IMG/VR virus record: IMGVR_UViG_3300016464_000060
Location: 1 to 64,000 of that record
Direction: 5' to 3' (one strand)
Length of the DNA: 64,000 bases
DNA from: an uncultured virus (IMG/VR IMGVR_UViG_3300016464_000060)
Taxonomy: Duplodnaviria; Heunggongvirae; Uroviricota; Caudoviricetes
How positions within the stretch are numbered: position 1 is the first letter of the stretch; every line of letters starts with the position of its first letter. The notes beneath the pieces are model-generated. The model was given only the letters and a program-made list of their open reading frames with translations, searched no databases and was not told where the DNA came from. A program made the translations under genes and the position numbers. Below, one piece after another: positions 9,106 through 18,929 of the stretch.

Positions 9106-9570
9106 TTATTGTTGGCTAGCAGGTTGTGCTTGGTTGCCGCTTGCATCACGTACAGCGTATGTGATAACGATGGTTGCAGCGCCAGTAGTCAGTGAAGTTC
9201 CTGCCAAAGTGTAGGTAATGAACGTGTCAGTAGAACCGACGTTCAACCAACCACCGGGGGTGGTTGCATTTGCACCTAGAGCCGCGCTACCTACGTTGGT
9301 AATTGTGCCTGTAGTGGTGAAATCTGTGCCACCAATAGACAGTTTACAAGTAGTCGCCGCGCTAAACACTGTGGTCGTGACAACTTTAATGTCAACAATC
9401 TGTGAGCCTGCGGGGATAGAAATTGCGTTACCGGTTAATGTGTCATAAGTAACATTAACAGATTGAGAAACAACAGTACAGCCTGTGTTACGTGTTGTAG
9501 CGGCTGTAGAGCCTGTGGTGTTTTTGACAGTGCCCAACAACCAAGGGCCTAGATGCGTTGCAAATCCCAT
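9106..9570 (-). CDS. Capsid-associated/minor structural protein
   Basis: 154 aa Thr-rich; IPAGSQIVDI motif; downstream of major capsid gene. Confidence 0.6.
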   Translation of the reverse strand: MGFATHLGPWLLGTVKNTTGSTAATTRNTGCTVVSQSVNVTYDTLTGNAISIPAGSQIVDIKVVTTTVFSAATTCKLSIGGTDFTTTGTITNVGSAALGANATTPGGWLNVGSTDTFITYTLAGTSLTTGAATIVITYAVRDASGNQAQPASQQ

Positions 9571-9665
9571 GAGATTTTCTCCATGCGTTAAGGTGTATCA
9601 ATCTGCATGAGGTCAGCCGAGCCTGCTTGGTACACCGATGAATCTCGGTTGGTGCAATATACACC

Positions 9666-9706
9666 AAAAGAAAAGGGAGCACAAGGCTCCCTTTCCGTTT
9701 TTTTTT
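9666..9706. terminator. Intrinsic, possibly bidirectional terminator after major capsid gene
   Basis: AAAAGAAAAGGGAGC-ACAAG-GCTCCCTTTCCGTTTTTTTTT hairpin with A and T runs on both sides. Confidence 0.7.
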
Positions 9707-10616
9707 AGGACGAACCGGGTGAACCGAATACGCCTAATGGATCAGACCAGCCGAAGCTATAACGCTCGCGGGACTTGTAACGGACGTTGCCCGTATCAAA
9801 ATCACCGTCCATTGAATTGCTCAATGGAGTGCGCTCGAAGTGCTTCAAGCCGTTAGGTACGTCAGTTGTCAAGAACCAACCGTTAGTGTCAGTCAAGAAG
9901 TGGTTGACTGTATACCCTTCTGGGATAGAGCCATTGTTCTTGAGCGCGTTGATATCGTTGTCAGTAGTACCAACGCGGAGGTTAGTCTCTAACAAACGGG
10001 TAGCAACGAACATTAACGCTGGTGGGATGACCAACTTACGTGGCTTAGCAGCGATCAACAGACCACGCTCATCTGTCCAAGCAGCGATTTGAATGACGGC
10101 ATTCTCAAGAGAAGTTTCGTTCAAGTCAGCGTTGGTAGAAGGACGGTTGCTGTTGGTGCCACCAGAGATCAAGGGGTGTGCTGTAGAGAACAAAGCCACG
10201 CCGTCGCCACCGAGGTAGCTAGAAGAGAAGCCGTTGTTCAAAACAGAAGCTGCCTTGACTTGCTTGGTATAAGCCATAGCACGAGCCAGAGCCTTGGTGT
10301 AACGTGCAGACAAGCTGTCATACAAGTTATCTTCTACAGCCTCTTCAGTGATGGAGAAGCCAAGGGCGATAGTTTCGTGTGTGTAACGTGCGGTAAATGC
10401 TTCCTGTGCGTTGTCGTACTGGATTGCAGAACCTTCGTTCTTAACAGGAGCAGCAGAGAAACCAGAAAGTTTGGTCTCTTCTTCAAAGCTACGCTCAGAT
10501 TTCTCTGTTTCGTAGATTTCTTTGTGCTCTTCGCCGTAACGGGCGTACTCAAGACCGAACAATGCGTTCAAGCCGGGGAGCAGTTCTTTAAGTAGTTGTG
10601 CGCGTGAAATAGCCAT
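9705..10616 (-). CDS. Major capsid protein
   Basis: MAISRAQLLKELLPGLNALFG...SERSFEEE...DGVALFSTAHP...GDFDTGNVRYKSRERYSFG; follows scaffold and portal. Confidence 0.9.
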   Translation of the reverse strand: MAISRAQLLKELLPGLNALFGLEYARYGEEHKEIYETEKSERSFEEETKLSGFSAAPVKNEGSAIQYDNAQEAFTARYTHETIALGFSITEEAVEDNLYDSLSARYTKALARAMAYTKQVKAASVLNNGFSSSYLGGDGVALFSTAHPLISGGTNSNRPSTNADLNETSLENAVIQIAAWTDERGLLIAAKPRKLVIPPALMFVATRLLETNLRVGTTDNDINALKNNGSIPEGYTVNHFLTDTNGWFLTTDVPNGLKHFERTPLSNSMDGDFDTGNVRYKSRERYSFGWSDPLGVFGSPGSS

Positions 10617-10628
10617 TTATATTACTCC

Positions 10629-11243
10629 TTAGATACCGGTGGTATCGGTGTACTGGTGCAAGTTGAACTTGACCAAGAACTCGTAATAGGTCGTGGTAGA
10701 CACACCGGCAGGGCCAGTAGCAGTATCGGGCACAACATCAATTACACGAACGGGTAATGTATTAGTAGTAGCGGCGGAAGTTCCGTCGATACCATAGTAC
10801 GAATCACCAGTGACGGTAGAACCTGTAGCAACAGAAATCGCTACGTTGGCACCAACAATCGCGCGGGTAAACGGATTGGGGGTGGTGGTTTGACCATTGG
10901 TGGCAACTACTTTAAACACGGCGTTGGGATCATCCACAACATAGCCAAAGGCCATTGCAGAAGTCGTAGAAGCAGCGGCTGGGTAGTACTGACCTTGAAC
11001 AGTTTGGCCGTTCGCGTTCACATACTGGCATCCAACCAACACACCTACGCTGTCACCAGAGTTAGTAGTGCTGTTAGCGACGAGGTAACCGTTAGTATCA
11101 ATCTTGACGGTATCGCCATTAAGAATAGCGGTCGCGTAAGCTGGCGCTACGGGGATTTGACGGATCGCTCCGGCGTATGGTAGTCCGTCCAGTCGGTTGA
11201 CTGGCTTAAAACCGTACGTCTTGTCCACTGAGGGATAAGCCAT
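10629..11243 (-). CDS. Capsid decoration/stabilisation-type protein
   Basis: 204 aa directly upstream of MCP; YGFKPV...GDTV...VVDDPN. Confidence 0.6.
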   Translation of the reverse strand: MAYPSVDKTYGFKPVNRLDGLPYAGAIRQIPVAPAYATAILNGDTVKIDTNGYLVANSTTNSGDSVGVLVGCQYVNANGQTVQGQYYPAAASTTSAMAFGYVVDDPNAVFKVVATNGQTTTPNPFTRAIVGANVAISVATGSTVTGDSYYGIDGTSAATTNTLPVRVIDVVPDTATGPAGVSTTTYYEFLVKFNLHQYTDTTGI

Positions 11244-11254
11244 TTAAGACTCCT

Positions 11255-11707
11255 TTATTTAGAACCTGTACCAAATCCGCTTCCTCTGCTGGTCGACGAC
11301 TTGCGGTCGGCAAACAACGGCATACGCGGGTCGTTATTTCGCATGAAGTGGTTGTCCACTGATTCCATCTGGGTCTGCGCTTGGTTCTCGTAATACTCTT
11401 TCATGGCAGCGACTTTTTCAACGGTGTTTTTGCAGAGCATCAACCCGCCAATTTCGACATTGCCTGTCTGAGCATTACCAACAATCATCAGTTCCGGATG
11501 GTCCGCTGCTTTTACCGGTTCCCAACCATCGCGCATCATTTTTGATACGTGTGTAGGGTGTGCCTGTCCATTTATGTGCGTTGAAATCCAACGATATACA
11601 TAGCCGGGCTCAGGCGTCGGGTCTGGCAACGAGCTCGAAGGTTTATAGACCATTCGAACATTTTTTTCGCGTGTCAATGTGTCACGAGGGGTACGGTTTT
11701 CAGCCAT
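11255..11707 (-). CDS. Conserved head-module protein
   Basis: GYVYRWI...GWEPV...IGGLMLCK; between scaffold and capsid genes. Confidence 0.6.
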   Translation of the reverse strand: MAENRTPRDTLTREKNVRMVYKPSSSLPDPTPEPGYVYRWISTHINGQAHPTHVSKMMRDGWEPVKAADHPELMIVGNAQTGNVEIGGLMLCKNTVEKVAAMKEYYENQAQTQMESVDNHFMRNNDPRMPLFADRKSSTSRGSGFGTGSK

Positions 11708-12659
11708 TTTGATTCTCCAATATTAATACTTGTTCAGCATACTGCTTAGGGGTTAATTTGAACTTTTGTGCTAACGCCAACTGGGTTTTCGTTAACTCAA
11801 TCTTTCTTTTACCTGTCGAACGCGTCGCAGGCGCAACCACCGAGGCAGGTTTTCTTGGAGCCTCACCGGACCTTGGCCTGTCTTCGTTACCACCGAAAAC
11901 TTCAGGGAACTTCGACTTCACGCGAGCATCGATTTGCTCGAAATATTCATCAGAGCGGGGGTCTACCCCGGTGTTGACTAGCTTTTGATGCAGCCCTAGT
12001 GCGTAGCTGGTAACTTCTTCGAACCCGTTTGCTCCGAACCACTGGTTTTTTGCTTGCCAGCGCAAGGTTTTTTCGTCCGGTTGAACACGTTGCGGTTCTT
12101 GTGGTGTAGTTTGTACCTCAAAATTTTCGTCTTGTAAAGGGGTTGGTCGAAAATTTTTCGCAGCCTCCATTTTCATCTTGGCTTCGAGCAACGCCTCTTG
12201 GGCGGCAAGGATGGCATCCGCATCGAACGCTTCCTGTGCAGCTTTGTAGTCACGGCGGGCTTTCTCCAGCTCAGCTTCGGCAGCGGTTTTAGCCATCTGC
12301 GTGTACTGTTCGGTGCCCGTGTTGACGTTTTGGCGCAGCTTTTTGTTTTCTTCCAACAAGCGCTGTGTAAGAACCTCAAGTTCTTGCTTTTCCCTCAAGG
12401 TGGCTTCTTTGGCTCTGCGTTCGTCGTGACGAGCGTGTGTTAACTCCTTGATACGCTTTTGCGCGCCTTGGGTGTACTGCTCAATCTCGTCGTCAGTTGG
12501 GTCTTCTACTTCCCTGTCTAACGGTTTACGCCCACGATCTTGCTCGGGGGTGTCGTCAATGATGGAGACTTCAACATCATCTTCGTCTGGAGTGACGATT
12601 TCAATGTCTACGCTTTTATCCTCAATCTCGTCAGGGAACTTAAATTGTTCTCCGGCCAT
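11700..12659 (-). CDS. Probable capsid scaffolding protein
   Basis: Acidic N-terminus, long coiled coil (QKRIKELT...), position between portal and MCP. Confidence 0.7.
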   Translation of the reverse strand: MAGEQFKFPDEIEDKSVDIEIVTPDEDDVEVSIIDDTPEQDRGRKPLDREVEDPTDDEIEQYTQGAQKRIKELTHARHDERRAKEATLREKQELEVLTQRLLEENKKLRQNVNTGTEQYTQMAKTAAEAELEKARRDYKAAQEAFDADAILAAQEALLEAKMKMEAAKNFRPTPLQDENFEVQTTPQEPQRVQPDEKTLRWQAKNQWFGANGFEEVTSYALGLHQKLVNTGVDPRSDEYFEQIDARVKSKFPEVFGGNEDRPRSGEAPRKPASVVAPATRSTGKRKIELTKTQLALAQKFKLTPKQYAEQVLILENQNG

Positions 12660-12669
12660 ATCTGCTCCT

Positions 12670-13104
12670 TTAAGCGCGGGTTACACCGCGAGGGTCTTGC
12701 ACAACACATTCCACTTGGTCATCGTTGATGACGCGGAACTCTTTTCCAAATATCTTGAATCGCGTACCGGAGTACGTACGTACCAAGACGAAGTCGCCTT
12801 CTTTGCACCAAGCGCCTGTAGGGAACTTTTTGCTGTCTTTGTACGCATCTGGCCCTATACGCATAACGAACAACACCGTGGTGGCGTGTTCTTCTTGACG
12901 CAGGGTCGTTGCATCTCGAACTAAGTCGAGTGATGTGCCCGCTACTTTTTCATCAACTGGAGGGACGATACACAGGATTTTGTAGCCTGTGGGTACCGGA
13001 AGTGCGGAGGCTTTTGTTTCCTCTGAAGCTTGCGGCTCGGGTGCATCCAATGGTTGGATGGACGGCGGTAGTTGAATACCGGGAGGCAGGAGTATTTCAC
13101 TCAT
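12670..13104 (-). CDS. GroES/Cpn10-like co-chaperonin
   Basis: Start MSEILLP; PTGYKILC...GPDAYKD...WCKEGDFVLV..YSGTRF...FRVINDDQVECVV. Confidence 0.75.
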   Translation of the reverse strand: MSEILLPPGIQLPPSIQPLDAPEPQASEETKASALPVPTGYKILCIVPPVDEKVAGTSLDLVRDATTLRQEEHATTVLFVMRIGPDAYKDSKKFPTGAWCKEGDFVLVRTYSGTRFKIFGKEFRVINDDQVECVVQDPRGVTRA

Positions 13105-13291
13105 CTGTTTCTTCCACTTTCTTTGCAAGGTCAAGTAAGTAAGCCTCTGCGATGGCTAGACCATGAATCACCCCGCAGAGTTTTTGATATTGGTCGAACG
13201 ACTGACAGTTGCCATTGGCCATGTCATCTGTGTAGTTGTTCATATCGGTACGTATTTTTTCGCGCAATACGCGTGCGAATTCATCGATCAT
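13097..13291 (-). CDS. Small conserved protein after portal
   Basis: 64 aa, overlaps both neighbours. Confidence 0.6.
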   Translation of the reverse strand: MIDEFARVLREKIRTDMNNYTDDMANGNCQSFDQYQKLCGVIHGLAIAEAYLLDLAKKVEETDE

Positions 13292-15843
13292 TTGTTAGGC
13301 TTCTCCTTGGTTTGATTGCGTGCCAACTCGGCACGAATAGCAGCTTGCTCACGCTGATGTTTTAGGTTCTGACGGTGCACCTCTTGTTTATGCGTCAGTG
13401 TTTGATTGTGTTGTTGCGCTGCCATCACAGTTCTAGACTGCATAGCCGCGAGTTCTTGTTGTGCCCTTGCGGCGGCAATTGCCGGATCCTCGCCTTGAGT
13501 AGCGCGAAGTTTGTCTGCTTTCTCGGCAGCATCGAGCATTAACTTCTTTTGCTCCAACTCTAGTTTGTCTTTTTGAGCGGCAGCATCAATCATGATCTTT
13601 TTACCTTTGAGTTGCACCTCTTGCTGTTTGATCGCCAACTCTTGCGCTTGCATCTGTAGCACTGGGTCTTGCGCTTGTTGCTGGGCTTGCATCTGTGCAG
13701 CCTGCGCTTGGCTTTGTTGGAGCACTTGGTTCGCAGCCTGCGCCATCATGGTGGACAAGGCCAACTCGATCTCTGGTGGCAACTTCTCGTCTTCTGGAGG
13801 CAGTGGCATACCCAACTGTTGCTCAATCTTGGCACGGTAGGCGTAGCCAACGTGCTCTGCAATGTGTGCCATCATGGCCGCTTGCATCATTGGTGCTTTC
13901 GGGTTTTGTCCAACCAACTGCTGCACGATTGGGTCGTTAATCATCGACATGTGCACCTTGATATGTGCGTCGTGATCTTGGTGCATGAACGCCTTCATTG
14001 GCTCCATACGAAGCATGGCCATATTTTCTGACACAGGGTCTTTTGGCTTCTCGTCGTCTGGTAGTGGGATTAACTTGTCTGGGTTCTTAATGCCAAGAAC
14101 CTCAAGCATCCTGCGGTGTAGTTGCGGTAAGTCATAAATGTCCGGAGCCATCTGCGCCATCTGAATGACCGCTTGGTACTGGACAACCCGCTGGCTCATC
14201 GTCGCAGCATTTGGGTCGCTCACAGGAATAATATCTACGTTCTCGTAGTCCTCGTGGCGTGCACCGCGTGTGCCTTTTTCTGGGTCAAAGTTATAACTTG
14301 GGCTGGCGTTGTCACGGATGATCGTTGCCAACAGCCCCAACTCTTGCTTGAATGTGTAGTGCAGACGGGCTTGCACTGCCGTCATTACTTTAAGCTGGCG
14401 CTCCAAGAGAGCGAGCGTTGTGCCCACCGGTGCTTGAGCAGACATGTCGGAGACCTGCATATCTGCAGTAGCCGCAAAGCGGCGGCCTTCCTCTACGATT
14501 TTGTCTAGGAGCCCAGCCAAAACTGCGCTTGGCTCTTTGTAGGGAAGTGGGAGGATGTTCTCACGCAGTGCACCAGAGCCAATGTCTACGTCACGGAACT
14601 CTCCGGGTGCTATCGGTGTGTCATCACCCTTAATGCGAAGTCCACGAGACTTGAGGCCCCCGGGGAGGTTCGATAGTGTTCCCGCATCCACCAACTGACG
14701 CATGATGCTTGTGGCTGACTTGGCAAAGCCACCGATGAGGTGGAAGAGTCCGAAGCCGTAGGCTCCAAAGCCGGGGATGTATTGGTAGTGGACGAAGTGT
14801 TGGCGCTTGAGTCGATACTCATCGTCTTCTTTCCAATTACGGCGTATCGCCAGTATGTCGTTTGAGCCTTTAAGGATGGTGACCACGTAGGGCAGAGCAA
14901 TGCCTGTGACTTCCCCATCTTCGTCTTTGTCTTCGTAGCCAATCAAGTCCAAGTCCACATGGCACTCATACAGGACATAACGGTCGTCATTTAGATCGGA
15001 AAACCCAGTCTCTTTGTCTTTGGCTCTCTTGATGTCGTCTTGCGACGCTTTCATCGGGTCTGGCAAATCAATGTCGCGGTAGAACCCTGCTTGCTGTAGC
15101 TTAACGATTTCGTTCTTTGTTTTACGCATGACGTGCGTCACGCGATAACAGGTATCCATATCTGTCGCGCCATATGGCAAGAGGATGTCCTCTGCAGGCA
15201 CAAACATAGAAACTTGCCGCCCCATGTTAGGGTCTTCGTAGACTTTCTTAAACGCTGAACCCGTAGCAGGCAGCGACCACAACATACGCTCTTGCTCTGG
15301 ACGGAACTCTTTCATCACCTCCGTCAACTGGTAGTTCATGTCTTCCTCGACACGCTGCGCAGCTTCTTTTTTCTGCGGAGTCTCTTTACCAATAATCTTT
15401 GTGCGCACGGGCCCCTGCGCTGGGAACATCTCTGTGATCGTCTCACTTTGGAAGCGCACCACCGCTTCTGTAATCATTGGGTGAAACACGCCTGATGCGC
15501 CATTCCAAGGCTCTGTTCTTTCTTCATACTGCAAGCCCAATAGTTTGAGTCCCTGCGTATAGGCTTTCTCCCAGTCCTTGCGTGAGTTCTTGTCGTTTTC
15601 AATATCACCAACTAAGTCGCCAGCAAACGACTCCATTGCGCTTTCATCCATTTCTTCTGCCAAGTTGGCGTTGAAGTCATCTTTATCTTCACCGGGGATG
15701 ATGCTGATATCTAGCCCATCTGTATGGATGTTGACCGCCTCTGGATCAACAATCTCTATCTCAAATTCTTCTGGCTGCTCTTGCGCCAAGTCCTCAAGTC
15801 CTTGCGGTTGTGTGTATAGCGCTTTGTCGATGTTGGTTGCCAT
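13288..15843 (-). CDS. Portal protein (podovirus-type with long C-terminal coiled coil)
   Basis: 851 aa right after terminase; SRKDWE...HPMITEAVVRFQ...FVHYQYIPGFGAYGFG; Gln-rich tail. Confidence 0.85.
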   Translation of the reverse strand: MATNIDKALYTQPQGLEDLAQEQPEEFEIEIVDPEAVNIHTDGLDISIIPGEDKDDFNANLAEEMDESAMESFAGDLVGDIENDKNSRKDWEKAYTQGLKLLGLQYEERTEPWNGASGVFHPMITEAVVRFQSETITEMFPAQGPVRTKIIGKETPQKKEAAQRVEEDMNYQLTEVMKEFRPEQERMLWSLPATGSAFKKVYEDPNMGRQVSMFVPAEDILLPYGATDMDTCYRVTHVMRKTKNEIVKLQQAGFYRDIDLPDPMKASQDDIKRAKDKETGFSDLNDDRYVLYECHVDLDLIGYEDKDEDGEVTGIALPYVVTILKGSNDILAIRRNWKEDDEYRLKRQHFVHYQYIPGFGAYGFGLFHLIGGFAKSATSIMRQLVDAGTLSNLPGGLKSRGLRIKGDDTPIAPGEFRDVDIGSGALRENILPLPYKEPSAVLAGLLDKIVEEGRRFAATADMQVSDMSAQAPVGTTLALLERQLKVMTAVQARLHYTFKQELGLLATIIRDNASPSYNFDPEKGTRGARHEDYENVDIIPVSDPNAATMSQRVVQYQAVIQMAQMAPDIYDLPQLHRRMLEVLGIKNPDKLIPLPDDEKPKDPVSENMAMLRMEPMKAFMHQDHDAHIKVHMSMINDPIVQQLVGQNPKAPMMQAAMMAHIAEHVGYAYRAKIEQQLGMPLPPEDEKLPPEIELALSTMMAQAANQVLQQSQAQAAQMQAQQQAQDPVLQMQAQELAIKQQEVQLKGKKIMIDAAAQKDKLELEQKKLMLDAAEKADKLRATQGEDPAIAAARAQQELAAMQSRTVMAAQQHNQTLTHKQEVHRQNLKHQREQAAIRAELARNQTKEKPNK

Positions 15844-15851
15844 GTTGGTCC

Positions 15852-17390
15852 TCAGTAGTAAGCGTGCTGCCTACGTTTAAAAATTATCGGCTCATCTTTC
15901 TCGTCGGTATCGAGCGATATGAACCCGCCTTGTCTAAACCGCATCAGTGCTTGGGATGTTGTATCAACGAAGTCGTCATGCTCTCCAACTGGGAACGCCG
16001 CAACTTCCTCGATCACCTCACGCGCCCAGCGCGTATCCGGTGCCCACACCATGCCAGATGCAAACAAGTCCGCAATCGCGTTCAATCGTACCATCTTGTC
16101 GTTGCCACGGCTAGGGTTTGTCTCCCACGCTGGGATACCCATCGCTCTAAACTCTTGGATCAGTGGTGCGCCAGCAGACTTCTTCTCCACAATGAACGCA
16201 TCAGGCTCCCATTCTTTGTAGTGTTTGAACGCTATCTGCTTTAACTCGGGGAAAGTCATGCGGTCTTTGAACGCATCGAGCAAAATAATCTGCGCCTTGT
16301 GTCCTTCTTCCTCGTTGTAGAACACGCCCCACGTAGTACACGCGCTGTAGTCGGAGTTTGTCTTGACCTCGTGCGCCGTATCCCAAGACTGGATGATGTA
16401 GTCGCACATAGGCGGGTTTTCTGGCTCCCAAATACGCCACATTTTGCGAGATATGACTGCGCTGTTGTCCGATGTGGGCTGCTGCATGTACTGCGCGTTC
16501 CAGTATCGTGGGTCAATACTAGCCTTCGTAGCCTTTAGTGCGCCTAGCGCCCATTGTTCTGGCCAAAGAGACTTCTCGTTGTCCGTGCCCTCGTTTAATA
16601 TGGCGGGCAACTCCACAATTTCCCACGGTATGGACTCAGGATTCTTCGTTTGGTAGTCAATAAGCCGTCCTGTTAGGTCAAGAAGCGACCAACGGGTCAT
16701 GATGACGATGATCGCACCCCCGGGCATCAGACGCTGCAGCGGGCCCGTCTGGAACCACGACCACGCTGTGTCAAACGCTAGACGAGAATTTACTTTAACG
16801 TCTTGTTCTGAATGCGGGTCATCAATAACGAATAAGTCAGCGCCGCGCCCAGCAAGCGCTCCGCCGACACCCGCCGCGTAGTACTGTCCACCGGCAGACG
16901 TAGACCATTTTCCGGCGGCTTTTTGGTCGTCAGCCACATGCGTTGAGGGGAAGATTTCACGATACTCCTCCGTGTCGATCAAGTTACGAACTCTGCGTCC
17001 AAAATCTTCAGACAAACCGGCGGTATGCGTACCCATGATGATCTTTTTATTAGGGTATTTACCTAGAAAGTATGCTGGAAACAGGTAAGAGCTGAATTCT
17101 GACTTACCCATACGTGGCGCGATGTTGATAATCACGCGTTTTTTCTTGCCGGAGATCACGTCTTCAAAGATTTTTGCCAGTTTCCTGTGCTGTGGCCCCA
17201 CTTTAAAGCCCGGATAAACGTGTTTTGCAAAGTCCAGGATGTATTCTCTGGCGTTATAGAGCGACGCACGACGCTCGCGCTCCTCCAGCATGTCCATCAA
17301 CTCGATCTTCTCCTGCACCGACATCTTGGGCAGGGCTAACTGGAGCGCTTTGGCTTCAGACTGCGTCAGGTTTAGGCTGCTGAAGTTCAT
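15852..17390 (-). CDS. terL: Terminase large subunit
   Basis: Walker A APRMGKS, Walker B FVIDDP, QYMQQP, nuclease SWDTA...HDDFVD. Confidence 0.95.
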   Translation of the reverse strand: MNFSSLNLTQSEAKALQLALPKMSVQEKIELMDMLEERERRASLYNAREYILDFAKHVYPGFKVGPQHRKLAKIFEDVISGKKKRVIINIAPRMGKSEFSSYLFPAYFLGKYPNKKIIMGTHTAGLSEDFGRRVRNLIDTEEYREIFPSTHVADDQKAAGKWSTSAGGQYYAAGVGGALAGRGADLFVIDDPHSEQDVKVNSRLAFDTAWSWFQTGPLQRLMPGGAIIVIMTRWSLLDLTGRLIDYQTKNPESIPWEIVELPAILNEGTDNEKSLWPEQWALGALKATKASIDPRYWNAQYMQQPTSDNSAVISRKMWRIWEPENPPMCDYIIQSWDTAHEVKTNSDYSACTTWGVFYNEEEGHKAQIILLDAFKDRMTFPELKQIAFKHYKEWEPDAFIVEKKSAGAPLIQEFRAMGIPAWETNPSRGNDKMVRLNAIADLFASGMVWAPDTRWAREVIEEVAAFPVGEHDDFVDTTSQALMRFRQGGFISLDTDEKDEPIIFKRRQHAYY

Positions 17391-17982
17391 CTTCTGGGCT
17401 TATGTCGGTTTTGTCGGGGGTTATTTCTGTCACATCCTCTACGTCCACGACCCCCATAAATTTGTTGAGCTTCTCCTTGATCTTTTTGTCGATCTCTGAG
17501 TCCGACATGTCGGCCTTCTTGACCTCCACCCGTTCGGTGAATAGGGCAACTTCTGTGATCCGCCCCAGCATGTCTAATGCTTTGAGCCGCACTCTAGCGT
17601 CTGGATGGTTTGTTTCTTCCAAAATTTTGGCCACAGCCATACCGCGCAGGTTCTTAGCCTGCTCCACGAACTCCCAGTCATAGGCAGAGAGCATGGCCAC
17701 CAGATGGCGTACTGCCTCTGGAGTTTTAATTTGTGTAAGTTGGTGTTTGGTTTCCGCCACCGGCGTGTTGGTGGAGAGCGCGGTGAATACTTTTTGCGCT
17801 GCCTTGGCGTTGGCTTCTTTCAAAGCCTTGTCGTCATCATCTACCCCCAGTTTCTCTAGCCACGCCGTTGTGTTGACTTGCGCGTTTAGCGTTTCTTGAG
17901 GGGACACCTTCTCCAAAGGAGTGGCTACCTTTGCTTTGTTCTCCAAGATTGGAGGCTCAAAATCTACCAAATGTTCCAGCAT
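17356..17982 (-). CDS. Probable terminase small subunit
   Basis: Directly upstream of terL; helical, RLKALDMLG motif. Confidence 0.6.
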   Translation of the reverse strand: MLEHLVDFEPPILENKAKVATPLEKVSPQETLNAQVNTTAWLEKLGVDDDDKALKEANAKAAQKVFTALSTNTPVAETKHQLTQIKTPEAVRHLVAMLSAYDWEFVEQAKNLRGMAVAKILEETNHPDARVRLKALDMLGRITEVALFTERVEVKKADMSDSEIDKKIKEKLNKFMGVVDVEDVTEITPDKTDISPEDELQQPKPDAV

Positions 17983-18003
17983 TTATCCCTTACGGCGTGC
18001 GGG

Positions 18004-18032
18004 TTGCGTTCCCGATAGCGCGAGTGTATACT
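18004..18032 (+). promoter_or_regulatory. Sigma70-like promoter
   Basis: TTGCGT-17 bp-TATACT. Confidence 0.55.
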
Positions 18033-18038
18033 AACTTC

Positions 18039-18141
18039 TGGTAGGTGTGCAAGCAGTTGTCAAGTCTGGATGCACATTTGCTTCTCCTGATGGGATAACC
18101 ATCTTCAACCCCGGCGTTCAACAGGCGTCGGGGTTTTTTTA
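18039..18141 (+). ncRNA. Candidate ~100-nt small RNA with anti-SD/anti-start segment
   Basis: Lies between promoter 18004-18032 and terminator 18107-18141; no substantial ORF; three hairpins; 18075-18089 CATTTGCTTCTCCTG is the reverse complement of CAGGAGAAGCAAATG. Confidence 0.5.
18107..18141 (+). terminator. Intrinsic terminator
   Basis: AACCCCGGCGTT-CAACA-GGCGTCGGGGTT followed by a T run. Confidence 0.75.
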
Positions 18142-18148
18142 TTTGTGC

Positions 18149-18164
18149 TGTCAAGCGTTTGACA
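18149..18164. promoter_or_regulatory. Palindrome family B, copy 1 (TGTCAA-N4-TTGACA)
   Basis: TGTCAAGCGTTTGACA; related copies at 27687 and 38583. Confidence 0.6.
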
Positions 18165-18443
18165 AGGTTTCTTGGAATTTTTTATAAAAATTTATGGGGT
18201 AGTAGTTTAGTTTTACAGAAATGTGAAGTGTGGTTACGAAACACTGTTCATAGGACGACGCAGTTCAGCCTTGCAATAGGGTTGGTGGGGGTATGGTGGG
18301 TTAGCCCAAAACGGACTTTTGGAAATTTTTTTTCCCCTACCAATGTCAAACTGAAGGTGTTGGTTCAGAGGAGAGCCAGCAACTTCCGCCACAGATTCGT
18401 GGCAACAACGGGGACAGATGTCCCCATTCACTAGGAGATAGTT

Positions 18444-18830
18444 ATGTCAGTTCAAAAGTATGTCAACGACATCAAAGCAGGTTCGGCTCTTGTCGAGAGC
18501 GGTTACGCTGGACTCAAGTCCATCTATGGTCGCCGTAAGAATCGTGAGGCTGTTCGTGTCGAGTTGCTTCCTTACTTTGCAAAGTCCTACAAAGTCGCAC
18601 TCGTTGCGGGCGAGGGCAAAGCAGAGGGCAAGCAAGTGCTCGACAGCACTGCTGATTCGTATGAGGCTTGTCGCAAGGCTTTGGCTCGCACGCTCGACGC
18701 AATCCTGCCTGCAACCGCAGGTTCGTCTGCAAAGCCAGCATTCACACGCAAGCAACTCGCAGAAGCCAAACGCTTCTTGTCTTTATTCGAGAGCAAGACT
18801 CTCGCCAAGCAAGCCTTAGAGCAACTCTAA
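18444..18830 (+). CDS. Hypothetical protein, first gene of early arm
   Basis: 128 aa, AGGAG RBS, just after first family-A palindrome. Confidence 0.75.
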   Translation: MSVQKYVNDIKAGSALVESGYAGLKSIYGRRKNREAVRVELLPYFAKSYKVALVAGEGKAEGKQVLDSTADSYEACRKALARTLDAILPATAGSSAKPAFTRKQLAEAKRFLSLFESKTLAKQALEQL

Positions 18831-18929
18831 GATTAATCACAACGGGGACATATGTCCCCATTCTTTGCAAGCGGTGCGGGAGCGAGCCTCCCGCGCAATT
18901 CATTTCTTTGTCTAACTCAGGAGATTCCC

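Noticed and set aside
18170..18340. A/T tracts upstream of the small terminase as a pac site or genome end
   Set aside because: Plausible by position, but no diagnostic sequence; needs read-terminus data.
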